Positions 9,656-18,871 of a stretch of 64,000 bases of DNA are shown here, one piece after another; the first letter of the stretch is position 1; each line of letters opens with the position of its first letter. The notes under the pieces are model-generated. The model worked only from the letters and a program-made list of their open reading frames with translations, was not told where the DNA came from and ran no database searches. The DNA is from an uncultured Chloroflexia bacterium (GTDB taxonomy: Bacteria > Chloroflexota > Dehalococcoidia > DSTF01 > JALHUB01), in contig OY969814.1 in assembly GCA_963703345.1 (NCBI GenBank), forward strand, positions 192,001 to 256,000. Direction: 5' to 3'. A program made the translations under genes and the position numbers.

Positions 9656-10192
9656 CTAAGAAAACCCGTTCGGCACTTCCCAGCCGGGAATGAACTTCTG
9701 CCATTCCACCTGGCGTTCAAGGTGGTCGTAGAACAAATAGTAGGCCGTTGCCGGCGGGCGAGTCGGCTGGCGGAGCAGGCGCATGCGCGTTTCGCCCGGC
9801 ATCTTCCCCGCTTTGCGATGATTGCAGGGCTTACACGCCGAGACCAGGTTGTCCCAGGTGTGCGTGCCGCCCTTGTTGCGCGGAATAACGTGGTCGAGCG
9901 TCAGGTCATGGCTCCGACGGCCGCAATACTGACACATGTAGTGGTCGCGGCTGAAGATCTCTTTTCGCGTCAGGCGCATCTGAGGACGTGGCCTCCTGAT
10001 CAGGTAGACCAGGCGGATGACGGACGGCAGCGAGAAGCAGTGGCTAGGGCTCCGCAACTGTCCGTCGTTGTGCTCCAGCACCTCCGCCTTGCCGCGGTCA
10101 ACCAGAACGAAGGCCCTACGTGCGTTGCAAACGTTCAAGGGCTCGTAGTTCTGATTGAGAACGAGTACGGGGGAGTTTACCATGCCATTCAT
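9656..10192 (-). CDS. HNH endonuclease (McrA-like)
   Basis: VLVLNQNYEPL N-terminus, RD..CQYCG, TLDHVIP, W.NLV..C..CN. Start uncertain (10183, 10192 or 10222). Confidence 0.9.
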   Translation of the reverse strand: MNGMVNSPVLVLNQNYEPLNVCNARRAFVLVDRGKAEVLEHNDGQLRSPSHCFSLPSVIRLVYLIRRPRPQMRLTRKEIFSRDHYMCQYCGRRSHDLTLDHVIPRNKGGTHTWDNLVSACKPCNHRKAGKMPGETRMRLLRQPTRPPATAYYLFYDHLERQVEWQKFIPGWEVPNGFS

Positions 10193-10267
10193 ACCTGAAG
10201 TCGCTCTGTCGTAATGAATCATAGCAAAACGCTCTGGGCGCGGGCAACAAATGAAGGCGTCGGTCGC

Positions 10268-10762
10268 CTAGAGAGCGTCCACTGCGTTTCGGAACTCGAC
10301 GGGCAGGATGCGCAATAGGACGGGGATGCCGTTTAGAAAGATCGGGCCGAACAGCGAATCGCGGATTGCGTCCTTTGCACCGAAGGCGGGGAAGGTAACG
10401 AAAACGATGAGGAGGATTTCGGCCAGGGCCATTCCCTTCACGAAGCCGAACGCGGCTCCGAGCAGATGGTCGAAGGTACCAAGCATGAGGAGCGACGCCG
10501 TCTGCTTCAGCAGCATGCCCGCGAGCTGGCCGGCGAGGAAGCAGGCGCCAAAGATAGCCAGGAAGGCTGCAATATTGGCAGCGTTGTCGTTGTCGACGGC
10601 CAGCTTGATGTCGCTCGCCAGGTCCTGGTAGAAGAGGCCGGCAAGAACGATCCCTAGCGCGACGCCGGTGATGGTCACGATCTCGCGGATGATGCCGGCG
10701 GAGAAAGCGGAGAAGGTGAACCAGACAACGAGTACGATGATGACCCCATCAACCCAATTCAT
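10268..10762 (-). CDS. cvpA: CvpA family membrane protein
   Basis: MNWVD start, GIIRE and DHLLGAAFGFVKG; hydrophobic. Confidence 0.85.
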   Translation of the reverse strand: MNWVDGVIIVLVVWFTFSAFSAGIIREIVTITGVALGIVLAGLFYQDLASDIKLAVDNDNAANIAAFLAIFGACFLAGQLAGMLLKQTASLLMLGTFDHLLGAAFGFVKGMALAEILLIVFVTFPAFGAKDAIRDSLFGPIFLNGIPVLLRILPVEFRNAVDAL

Positions 10763-10869
10763 GCCGACCCCTCGAATCTCCCCCTTGTCCGGCAGCGGCG
10801 AACATTCACGCCGTTTGACACCGCAACCTTACGACTCGAAGATGCCGCCGTCAAGGCCGCGATTATCCT

Positions 10870-11538
10870 CTACCGAAGAACTATGGCCCGGCGGCAAACC
10901 CGCTCGCGGTACCAGAAATATGCCGGCGCCATCGTCAGAAGCCCAAACACGAACCCACCCACAACGTCGCTTGGCCAGTGGACGCCGACGTAGACGCGCG
11001 CCAGCCCGGTCAAGATGATCATCGTCACACACGCCGCGCGGAACAGCAGTCGCAGCCCTGGGTGTGCGATGAGCACTCCGGCAAGGACGAAAAGCGTCCC
11101 GTACAGAACGAAGGCTGTTGTCGCATGCCCGCTCGGGAAGCTGTAGCCGCCGACATGGTCCCTGATTTGCAGGACGGTCGCCGAGGGCCGCGGACGGGCC
11201 ACCGCCTGGGCGAGAGCCTGTCTCAGCGCTCTTGGAACAAAGGTGATCAGGACGAGCAGCGACTCCCAAGGTCTCTTGAGGAAGAGGAAAGCGGCGGCAA
11301 AGGCCAGCGTGATGACAACCGAGAGCCATGTGCCGCCGACGGTGTTGGCAAAGGTGGCCACCGGCCCGAAGTAAAAGTCGTTGAAGTCCTGCACGCGATG
11401 AGCGAGCGCCAGGTCACCGGGGAAGCGGTCGCTGACGGCGGCGAAACCGCACATGACGCCGAAGGCTGCGACTGCCGCCGCCCGGGCAATCCAGACCATT
11501 CGCCTGTCGCGAATCAGGGTCGATCTTGTTGGAGCCAC
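10870..11538 (-). CDS. PAP2 family phosphatase
   Basis: RPRP, SFPSGH and ARVYVGVHWPSDV motifs. Confidence 0.9.
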   Translation of the reverse strand: MAPTRSTLIRDRRMVWIARAAAVAAFGVMCGFAAVSDRFPGDLALAHRVQDFNDFYFGPVATFANTVGGTWLSVVITLAFAAAFLFLKRPWESLLVLITFVPRALRQALAQAVARPRPSATVLQIRDHVGGYSFPSGHATTAFVLYGTLFVLAGVLIAHPGLRLLFRAACVTMIILTGLARVYVGVHWPSDVVGGFVFGLLTMAPAYFWYRERVCRRAIVLR

Positions 11539-11677
11539 TTATCGTCCGATTATGGCAGGCGAAAGCCTGGCGGCTCAAGCTCGCGACCCTTGACAGCTTT
11601 TCGAATCGATACCTACAATCGGCTTGGGCCCATGAAGAACGGGCCTCCAATTTCTTTCGGTGGTGGAAGGCGGAAAG

Positions 11678-13198
11678 ATGCAACGACTCCAAGAGGAGAA
11701 TCTGCGGAAGACGGTGCGGGCCGCCCTCGACAAGTCATCCCGGGCCGCGCTTTCGACGGCATCCGGCGCCGACCTGCGCAGCGGTCTCGTCCCCTTCGCC
11801 TGCGACGACGATTTCAGCATCTATGTCGGCTTGAGGCGTAACGACGTGCGCTGCCTGCAACTCGGCTTCCACCCTGCTGTATCGCTGCTCGTGCTCCACG
11901 AATCTGACGGCGAGACACAAGAAATCGAGATAACCGGCAAGGCGATGCCGCTGCAGAAGGCGGCGCAGCGCCAGAGGGCGCGCGACTTGCTGGCCGGCCG
12001 GACGCGGTCGGCTTCAGGAGAGGAACAAGAGTACTTCCGCATCGTGCCGTTGCGGATCGAGCTGCGAAGGCAAGCGGCGAACGCAGCCTCTGCGAGCCAG
12101 ACGCTCTTGTTTCCCGCCAATCGCAGGGCCGTGGGCGAAGCAGCGCTTCTCAGGAAGAAGGCCTTTGCCTGGTTCCTCGCTATGCGGGTACCGTTTCTGA
12201 CCGCCAGCATCACGCCGGTCCTGCTCGGCGGCGCAATCGCCTGGTCCACGCGACATCAGTTCAGTTGGGCCCTGCTGCTCCTGACGATGCTGGCCGGCGG
12301 TCTGCTCCATCTCGGCGTAAACGTGATCAACGACTACTTCGACCACGTCAGCGGCAACGACGACCTCAACGTCGAATTCATCCGTCCGTTCAGCGGCGGC
12401 AGCAGAGTCATCCAGATGGGCCTCCTCTCGCCGCTGGAGATGCTCGTCGGGGCGGCCGTGCTCTTCGGCCTTGCCAGCGCAATCGGCCTATTCCTGACCG
12501 CCGCGACAGGTCCGCTGCTCCTGGCGTTCGGTGCTGCCGGCCTGCTTTCGGGGATATTCTACGTTGGGAAGCCGTTCAACTGGGGCAGCCGTGGCATCGG
12601 CGAACTCCTCGTGGGCCTGAACTTCGGCACGCTGATGACCCTCGGCGCCTATTTCGTCCAGACCGAGCGCGTCGACTGGACGCCGGTTATCGCCGCCGTG
12701 CCGCTGGCGCTCCTCATCGCCGCCGTGCTCTACGTCAACGAGTTCCCGGACTTCGCCGCCGACAAGGCCGTCGGGAAGCGCACCTGGGTCGTGCGTCTGG
12801 GCCGTCCCAAAGCCGCCTACGTATACGCAGCGATGATGGCCATTCCCTACGTGTGGGTGCTCGCCTTCGTTGTCGCCAAGTCTCTGCCCACGACAACGCT
12901 TTTGCCATTGCTAACGCTTCCGCTGGCCGTGCGCGCCACGCTCGTCGCCTTCCGCTATCACTCTCAGCCTGTTGAGCTTGCGCCCGCGAACGCTCTCACA
13001 ATCGTGACGCATCTCTCTGTTGGACTGCTCCTGACGCTTGGTTACGTCTGGGACAGCGCGGACGTGAAGGGGATGGCCTATGTAATCGGTTTCGCTGTCC
13101 TATTCACGTTCATCGTCGCCTTCGTGAGCAAGGGGATCGAGCAGGAGAAGCAGGCCTTCCTCGCCTCCCGGCAGGCGTCCGCGCCCGAACACAGCTAG
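11678..13198 (+). CDS. menA: 1,4-dihydroxy-2-naphthoate polyprenyltransferase with an extra N-terminal split-barrel-like domain
   Basis: UbiA-family motifs NDYFD..G.D, FSGGS and NEFPD..AD..GK.T; upstream of menG. About 150 extra N-terminal residues. Confidence 0.82.
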   Translation: MQRLQEENLRKTVRAALDKSSRAALSTASGADLRSGLVPFACDDDFSIYVGLRRNDVRCLQLGFHPAVSLLVLHESDGETQEIEITGKAMPLQKAAQRQRARDLLAGRTRSASGEEQEYFRIVPLRIELRRQAANAASASQTLLFPANRRAVGEAALLRKKAFAWFLAMRVPFLTASITPVLLGGAIAWSTRHQFSWALLLLTMLAGGLLHLGVNVINDYFDHVSGNDDLNVEFIRPFSGGSRVIQMGLLSPLEMLVGAAVLFGLASAIGLFLTAATGPLLLAFGAAGLLSGIFYVGKPFNWGSRGIGELLVGLNFGTLMTLGAYFVQTERVDWTPVIAAVPLALLIAAVLYVNEFPDFAADKAVGKRTWVVRLGRPKAAYVYAAMMAIPYVWVLAFVVAKSLPTTTLLPLLTLPLAVRATLVAFRYHSQPVELAPANALTIVTHLSVGLLLTLGYVWDSADVKGMAYVIGFAVLFTFIVAFVSKGIEQEKQAFLASRQASAPEHS

Positions 13199-13208
13199 CC
13201 CCGTCGCG

Positions 13209-13934
13209 ATGGAAGAGAAGCTGGGCAGGGCTCGCTACGTCCGCCGCCTCTTCGACAGCATCGCCTTCCGCTACGACCTGGCGAACTTCGTCATCACTGC
13301 CGGGCGCATTGGCGCCTGGCGACGACGCCTCCTGCGCGAAGCGGACCTGCAGAACGCGGGGCTTGTCCTCGACCTCGCGACCGGCACCGGCGATCTTGCC
13401 CTGGCGATCGCGCGCCGTTCACCTCGAGCTCGCATCGTTGGCGTCGACCTCTCGCCGGAGATGCTTCGCCGGGCGCGTGAAAAGATCAAGCGAGCCGGCC
13501 TGGCGGACCAAGCGTCCCTCATTATTGCCGACGTTACCGCGCTCCCCTTTCGCGACGGCGTCGCGGACGGCGCGGTCAACGCTTTCCTGCTACGGCACAT
13601 CGTGTCACTGCCGGCCGCCTTCACCGAGTTCCGGCGCGTCCTTCGCCCGGCCGCCAAGCTGGGATGCCTGGAGCTCACGCAGCCGACGCTGCCCGTGTTC
13701 CGCGAGGCTTATCGCTTTCTTTTCCGGTACGTCACGCCGCTCCTCGGCGGCCTAGTCTCCGGCGACTACGAAGCGTTCCGCTATCTGCCGCGCTCGCTTG
13801 ACCCATACCCGGGCGCTCCCGAGCTTTCACTCATGTTGCAGAACGCGGGATATGAGGACGTGCGATGTCGCTTGCTTGCGGGCGGGATCGTCGCTGTCCA
13901 CGTGGGCGAGAAGCCGGGGGCAGAAGGACTCTAG
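13209..13934 (+). CDS. menG: demethylmenaquinone methyltransferase (UbiE/MenG)
   Basis: FDSIA.RYD..N, VLDLATGTGD and YLP.S motifs. Confidence 0.88.
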   Translation: MEEKLGRARYVRRLFDSIAFRYDLANFVITAGRIGAWRRRLLREADLQNAGLVLDLATGTGDLALAIARRSPRARIVGVDLSPEMLRRAREKIKRAGLADQASLIIADVTALPFRDGVADGAVNAFLLRHIVSLPAAFTEFRRVLRPAAKLGCLELTQPTLPVFREAYRFLFRYVTPLLGGLVSGDYEAFRYLPRSLDPYPGAPELSLMLQNAGYEDVRCRLLAGGIVAVHVGEKPGAEGL

Positions 13935-14542
13935 CGCGCCCGTATCCGATAGGTGCAACAGGCGTCGCCGCGGACGATGCAGCTCTCCAGATTAGCTGAC
14001 GCGTCGAGGAGAAGAGCGACGAACTCGGAATCGAGCGAGCAGAGCGCTTTGTGCACGCGGGCGACTTCGGGGTAGGGACAAGTGAGGCGCTGGATGAGAA
14101 AGTCTTTGCCTTCGGACGACGTCGATACCAGACAGCCCTCAGCCTCGATTACGCGGGTGACCTCGGCCACGCGCGCCGGCAGCGCCAGCCCGATCATTCG
14201 CTCCCGATAAGGCTCCGCTTTCCGAACGGCTACGCGTTTGAGGAAGTCCTGCACGCCTTCGTCGCTTGCCGTCGACATCAACTCCTCTAGAAACAGCGAC
14301 GCCAGCGTCGCGTACTTCTTGGGGTAGAGCGCGTCGCCAAGGCGGGTGAGCGAGTAGACGAGCGCCGGCCGGCCGACGCGTCCGCGCTCCTCGTGCCCTT
14401 CAATCAGGCCGTCGCGCTCCAGGATCGTTAGATGCTGGCGGATGCCGGTGGAGGTGAGGTGCAGCAACTCGCCGAGCTCCTTAACGGAACCTTTCCCGTG
14501 ACTGCGCAGGTAGTCCAGAATCTCGCGTCGTGTCGGCTGCAT
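13931..14542 (-). CDS. ArsR/SufR-like HTH transcriptional regulator
   Basis: N-terminal wHTH (IRQHL..L, GRP) and C-terminal CPY..C..C..CC cysteines. Confidence 0.8.
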   Translation of the reverse strand: MQPTRREILDYLRSHGKGSVKELGELLHLTSTGIRQHLTILERDGLIEGHEERGRVGRPALVYSLTRLGDALYPKKYATLASLFLEELMSTASDEGVQDFLKRVAVRKAEPYRERMIGLALPARVAEVTRVIEAEGCLVSTSSEGKDFLIQRLTCPYPEVARVHKALCSLDSEFVALLLDASANLESCIVRGDACCTYRIRAR

Positions 14543-14672
14543 CTGCTCCCGGCGAAGTTAACGCAGAATGGCCAATAACTTCTGATGCAATTATGCTAAC
14601 ATAGCTTTCGTCGAGCGGACAACAACGACCTGTTTGGACTAGGATTCAAGAAAGACGCGATTTTGCGGCGGA

Positions 14673-15083
14673 GTGATACAACACATGCCTGAGAGCGACA
14701 GCCCGATGGCGCGCAAGATGCAGGCCGACGTGATAATTGAGATGGCCGCCCAGAAGCTTCGCCAGCTGCTGCAGGAGGCCGTCGCTCTGCTCGAGCTCTT
14801 TCCGCCGTTCCCCGGTTCCTTCTTCACGCTCGCCATCGAGGTCGAGGGAGGCGCGGCGGGCGGGCCGGAGCACGGTTGCGTCGTGCTGGGACCCGACGCC
14901 GAGTTGCACGAACTGGAGGTGACCATCGATTTCCCGCCGGGAGAATTCGACCCGGTCGCAGCCCGAAACGAGGTCTTGAAGCCGCTGGAGCTTCATCCGC
15001 GGGATTACGTTGTCTACGCCTACAACGCACTCACTCGCGTCACAGAGCTGTTGATGGAGCAGCAGGCCGGCGAGTCAGCCTGA
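14673..15083 (+). CDS. hypothetical protein
   Basis: Divergent from the regulator, with plausible codon usage. Start uncertain. Confidence 0.6.
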   Translation: MIQHMPESDSPMARKMQADVIIEMAAQKLRQLLQEAVALLELFPPFPGSFFTLAIEVEGGAAGGPEHGCVVLGPDAELHELEVTIDFPPGEFDPVAARNEVLKPLELHPRDYVVYAYNALTRVTELLMEQQAGESA

Positions 15084-15174
15084 GGGCGGTATCAGCCAGC
15101 CGCCGTTCGAAAAGCGGCGTATGGCGGGCGTCGTTTTGGTATGATAGACGCTGCATTGTGGAGGGGGCTTTTCG

Positions 15175-17415
15175 ATGGCTGGAAGTTCGGCCGGCCGCGA
15201 TTCCACGTTCAAACGAGGCCAGCGTCTTAGCGGCGCTCAGGCCATTCTCTTCGCCCTCGCTCTTGCCATCCTTCTAACACTGGCGCTTGTGCCCGTTTTC
15301 CCCCATCAGCAGCAGGCGAAAGAAGGCGACACAGCCTCTCGCACGTGGCAAGCTCCTCGCGACTTTTCGTTCAATAGTGAAGTGCTGACGGAGAAGCAGC
15401 GGGAGCAGGCCGCGGCCGCCGTCCCCGACGTCCTCGTCTTCAGCCCCGATGTGCGGTCGGAGCAGAGCGCCAAGCTTGAGAAGCTGATCAGGGACGTGGA
15501 AAGCGTCCGCAATTCTTCCGACTTAACGCGCTCTCAGAAGCTGAGCGCGCTTAGCGGCACCGAGAACCTTCTTGCCCCCGACTTCGAGCCGTTCATCCTG
15601 GACATGCCCTCAGATGAGTGGCAATCGGTTACCGGCCAGGCGCGGGCCGTGCTCGAAAAGGTGCTCGAGGGCAGCGTCGCCCGCGGACAGGAGAATCAGA
15701 TAGCGGACCAGGTCCCGCAGCTCATCGACCCGTCTCTTTCAGTCGACGAAGCCGCACTGGTCGCCGCGCTGGTCAAGCCGCTGATCGCCCCGAACTTCGA
15801 AGTCGACCAGGCGAAGACGAATCAGGCGAAGGAGGCTGCGCGAGCCGCCGTGGCGCCGGTGCTAGTCTCCTACACCAAGAACCAGACGATCGTTCGCAGC
15901 GGCGAGGTGATCGACAGCACGGCGATAGAGGCGATGCGCCAGGCCGGCCTGCTTTCGCGTCGGCTGGAGTGGCGGAGCCTTGTAGCGGTCATCATGCTGT
16001 CGCTGATTTCGGCTAGCATTCTGGGCTACTACGTCTTCGCATTCGGAACAGAGAGCGTCGCGGATTTGCGACGGCTCGTCCTGCTGCTCGCAGTCTCGGC
16101 GCTGGCGGTGCTGGCGGCGAAGCTGTACATTCCGCTGATCTTGCCGGACCACCAGCGGCACTTCCTTGCCTATGCGCTGCCCCTTGCCGCTGTGCCCATG
16201 CTTATCGCCGCGCTTGTGGAGGGGCAATTGGCGCTCATCGTCGCGGCGATGCTGGCGGCTCTTGTCACTTTCGTCGTCGCCTATCTGCCGGATGTCTCCG
16301 CTGCAGCGACATCGAGCCCTCTCGACGCGCTGCGAGCTCTCGGCGTCTACGGGTTCGGAGGCGCGGCGGGAGCGCTGACGGTGTACAGAGCGGAACGATT
16401 GAACAGGTACGCCCTGGCCGGCCTGGTCGTCGCGTTGGTATCCATGGCGGTCCTCGGCGCTGTCTGGTTCCTCGATCTGGACCGCAAGCTGTGGGACCTT
16501 CCCTGGATCGCGCTGGTATCGAGCATCAACGGTCTCCTGTCGGCGATCCTGGCCGTGGGGGCTTTCATCACCCTTGGCTTTGTGTTCGGGATAACGACGC
16601 GGGTGCATCTGATGGAGCTGGCGCAGCTCAACCGCGCGCTGCTGCGACGGCTTCAGGACGAGGCGCCGGGCACGTTCCATCACAGCATCATCGTCGGCAA
16701 CCTGGCGGAGCGCGCCGCCGATCTCATCGGAGCCGATTCCCTCCTCGTTAGAGTCGGTTGCTACTATCACGACGTCGGGAAGCTGCGACAGCCCGGCTAT
16801 TTTATCGAGAACCAGATGGCGGGCAGCAATCCCCACGATAAGCTGCCGGCCCAGAAGAGCGCGCGGATCATCTCCCGTCACGTTCAAGACGGCCTCGAGC
16901 TGGCACGCGAGCACCATCTTCCCCCGCAGGTGCGCGACTTCATCGCGCAGCACCACGGGACCGGACAGGCGGCATACTTCTATCGCAAAGCGCTGAAACA
17001 AGGGAGGGAGATTGACGCCTCCTCGTTCTCGTATCCGGGTCCCCGACCTCAGACCAAGGAGACGGCGATAGTCATGCTTGCCGATTCGGCCGAGGCAGCG
17101 GTGCGAGCGGCTTCGGACCGCTCTCCCCTGGAGATAGACGCCCGCGTCGACGAAGTCATTGCGGAGCGTCTCGCCGAGAGGCAACTGGATGAGTCTGACC
17201 TCACGTTGCGGGACATCAGTCTCGTCGCGGAATCTTTCAAGTCGACCCTCAGGGGCGTCTATCATCCGCGCCTCGAGTATCCTTCGGCCGCTCAGGCGGA
17301 GGGAGGCAAGGAGCGCAAGCGTCGGCGACGGAGAGTCTCCCCCCTCTCGGCGCTGAGCGCGTTCTCGGTCGGAGAAGAGACCCCCATCCAGGAAGACGAA
17401 GAAACCGCCCCCTGA
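15175..17415 (+). CDS. 7TM-HD phosphohydrolase (PgpH-like c-di-AMP phosphodiesterase family)
   Basis: N-terminal TM, extracellular domain, multi-TM region, then APGTFHHS, YHDVGK, FIENQ, HHGT, YPGPRPQTKE and MLAD..EAA. Confidence 0.9.
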   Translation: MAGSSAGRDSTFKRGQRLSGAQAILFALALAILLTLALVPVFPHQQQAKEGDTASRTWQAPRDFSFNSEVLTEKQREQAAAAVPDVLVFSPDVRSEQSAKLEKLIRDVESVRNSSDLTRSQKLSALSGTENLLAPDFEPFILDMPSDEWQSVTGQARAVLEKVLEGSVARGQENQIADQVPQLIDPSLSVDEAALVAALVKPLIAPNFEVDQAKTNQAKEAARAAVAPVLVSYTKNQTIVRSGEVIDSTAIEAMRQAGLLSRRLEWRSLVAVIMLSLISASILGYYVFAFGTESVADLRRLVLLLAVSALAVLAAKLYIPLILPDHQRHFLAYALPLAAVPMLIAALVEGQLALIVAAMLAALVTFVVAYLPDVSAAATSSPLDALRALGVYGFGGAAGALTVYRAERLNRYALAGLVVALVSMAVLGAVWFLDLDRKLWDLPWIALVSSINGLLSAILAVGAFITLGFVFGITTRVHLMELAQLNRALLRRLQDEAPGTFHHSIIVGNLAERAADLIGADSLLVRVGCYYHDVGKLRQPGYFIENQMAGSNPHDKLPAQKSARIISRHVQDGLELAREHHLPPQVRDFIAQHHGTGQAAYFYRKALKQGREIDASSFSYPGPRPQTKETAIVMLADSAEAAVRAASDRSPLEIDARVDEVIAERLAERQLDESDLTLRDISLVAESFKSTLRGVYHPRLEYPSAAQAEGGKERKRRRRRVSPLSALSAFSVGEETPIQEDEETAP

Positions 17416-17502
17416 TATCGACCGGCGCAACCTCCTATCGCTGGGGCCACAGGTCCGGTTTGTGTATAATTGCTTTGGCCGATTCCCTGAAAAGGAGCTA
17501 CG

Positions 17503-18216
17503 ATGCGTTTTGGCGTGATCGTGTTCCCGGGCACGTGGAGTGACGGGGACTGCTACTACGTGCTCGACACCCTGCTGGGCCAGAAGGTCGACTATGTCTG
17601 GCACCGCGAGCACGACTTGTCGGCCTACGACTGCGTAATCCTGCCCGGCGGCTTCTCCTACGGCGACTATCTCCGCGCCGGCGCCATTGCCCGCTTCTCG
17701 CCCGTCATGGCAGCCGTTGCCGACCACGCGCGAAAGGGTCGCCTCGTCTACGGAATCTGCAACGGCTTCCAGATCCTGTGCGAGGCCGGCCTTCTTCCGG
17801 GCGCCCTCATGCGCAACGACAGCCTCCAATTCCGCTGCGAGCCGGTCCACCTGAGGGCAGAGAACGTCGCGACGCCGTTCACGCGCCGCTGCGCCCTGGG
17901 CCAGGTGCTGACGGTCCCGATTTCGCACGGCGAAGGCAGCTACTTTGCCGACGCGGACACGCTGGCGATGCTGGAAGACAGCCGACGCGTGGCGTTCCGC
18001 TACGTCACGCCCGCAGGCGAAGTGACAGCGGAAGCGAACCCCAACGGCTCGTTGAACAACATCGCCGGGATCATCAACGAAAGCGGCAACGTGCTTGGGA
18101 TGATGCCACATCCGGAGCGGGCAAGCGAGAGGCTGATGGGCGGCGAAGACGGGATGCTGATCTGGCATTCGATTATCGAGAGCGGAGTGGCCGATCTCTC
18201 AAGCAATCGGGCCTAG
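17503..18216 (+). CDS. purQ: phosphoribosylformylglycinamidine synthase subunit PurQ
   Basis: [25 protein letters not shown] and MMPHPER. Confidence 0.97.
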   Translation: MRFGVIVFPGTWSDGDCYYVLDTLLGQKVDYVWHREHDLSAYDCVILPGGFSYGDYLRAGAIARFSPVMAAVADHARKGRLVYGICNGFQILCEAGLLPGALMRNDSLQFRCEPVHLRAENVATPFTRRCALGQVLTVPISHGEGSYFADADTLAMLEDSRRVAFRYVTPAGEVTAEANPNGSLNNIAGIINESGNVLGMMPHPERASERLMGGEDGMLIWHSIIESGVADLSSNRA

Positions 18217-18251
18217 GGCGTGGCGGAGAGTCTCAAGAAGGAGGTCGAGTC

Positions 18252-18836
18252 ATGGCAACTGGAGTCACATCGCCCACCTTTCCTGTAGCGTTCGACGTCG
18301 AGTATCCGGAGAGATTGTCGCGCCTTCTGATCTTCTTCAAGTGGTTGCTTGCCATACCTCACTTCATCATCCTCTACGCCCTAATCCTGGTAACGGAAGT
18401 GCTCACGTTCATCGCCTGGTTCGCCATTCTCTTCACCGGCCGCTATCCGAGGGGCATGTTCAACTTTGTGGTTGGGGTCTTCCGGTGGCAACACAACGTC
18501 ACCGCCTACGCCGCGCTGCTGCGAGATGAATATCCGCCGTTCTCGCTCTCGGCCGGCGAGTACCCCGTGACCTACGACGTCGAATACCCGGAGAGACTGT
18601 CGCGCTGGCTGATATTCGTGAAGTGGCTGCTGATCATCCCGCACTTCATCGTCCTCTTGTTCATCGGTATAGCGTATGAGATAACAGCGATCATATCCTG
18701 GTTTGCCATCCTGTTTACCGGCCGCTACCCGGAGGGCCTGTTCCGGTTCGCCGTTGGGGTTACGCGTTGGGGTGCGCGAGTCAACGCCTACGTTTGGTTG
18801 CTGCGGGATGAATACCCTCCGTTCAGTTTGCAGTGA
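18252..18836 (+). CDS. DUF4389-like membrane protein with internal duplication
   Basis: Two copies of EYPERLSR..KWLL.IPHFI..WFAILFTGRYP..LLRDEYPPFSL. GGAGG RBS. Confidence 0.85.
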   Translation: MATGVTSPTFPVAFDVEYPERLSRLLIFFKWLLAIPHFIILYALILVTEVLTFIAWFAILFTGRYPRGMFNFVVGVFRWQHNVTAYAALLRDEYPPFSLSAGEYPVTYDVEYPERLSRWLIFVKWLLIIPHFIVLLFIGIAYEITAIISWFAILFTGRYPEGLFRFAVGVTRWGARVNAYVWLLRDEYPPFSLQ

Positions 18837-18871
18837 GTAGTCGGTTGAGTCCTTTGACTTGCGAGTAGCGC

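Noticed and set aside
9656-10192. HNH gene as a homing or mobile endonuclease
   Set aside because: It belongs to the common stand-alone chromosomal HNH type, with no intron or intein context.
15862-18168. 768-aa minus-strand ORF and similar long antisense ORFs (45217-47022, 33890-35677, 40545-41921, 19697-20986)
   Set aside because: These are shadows of well-supported genes on the opposite strand in high-GC DNA, with no motifs.
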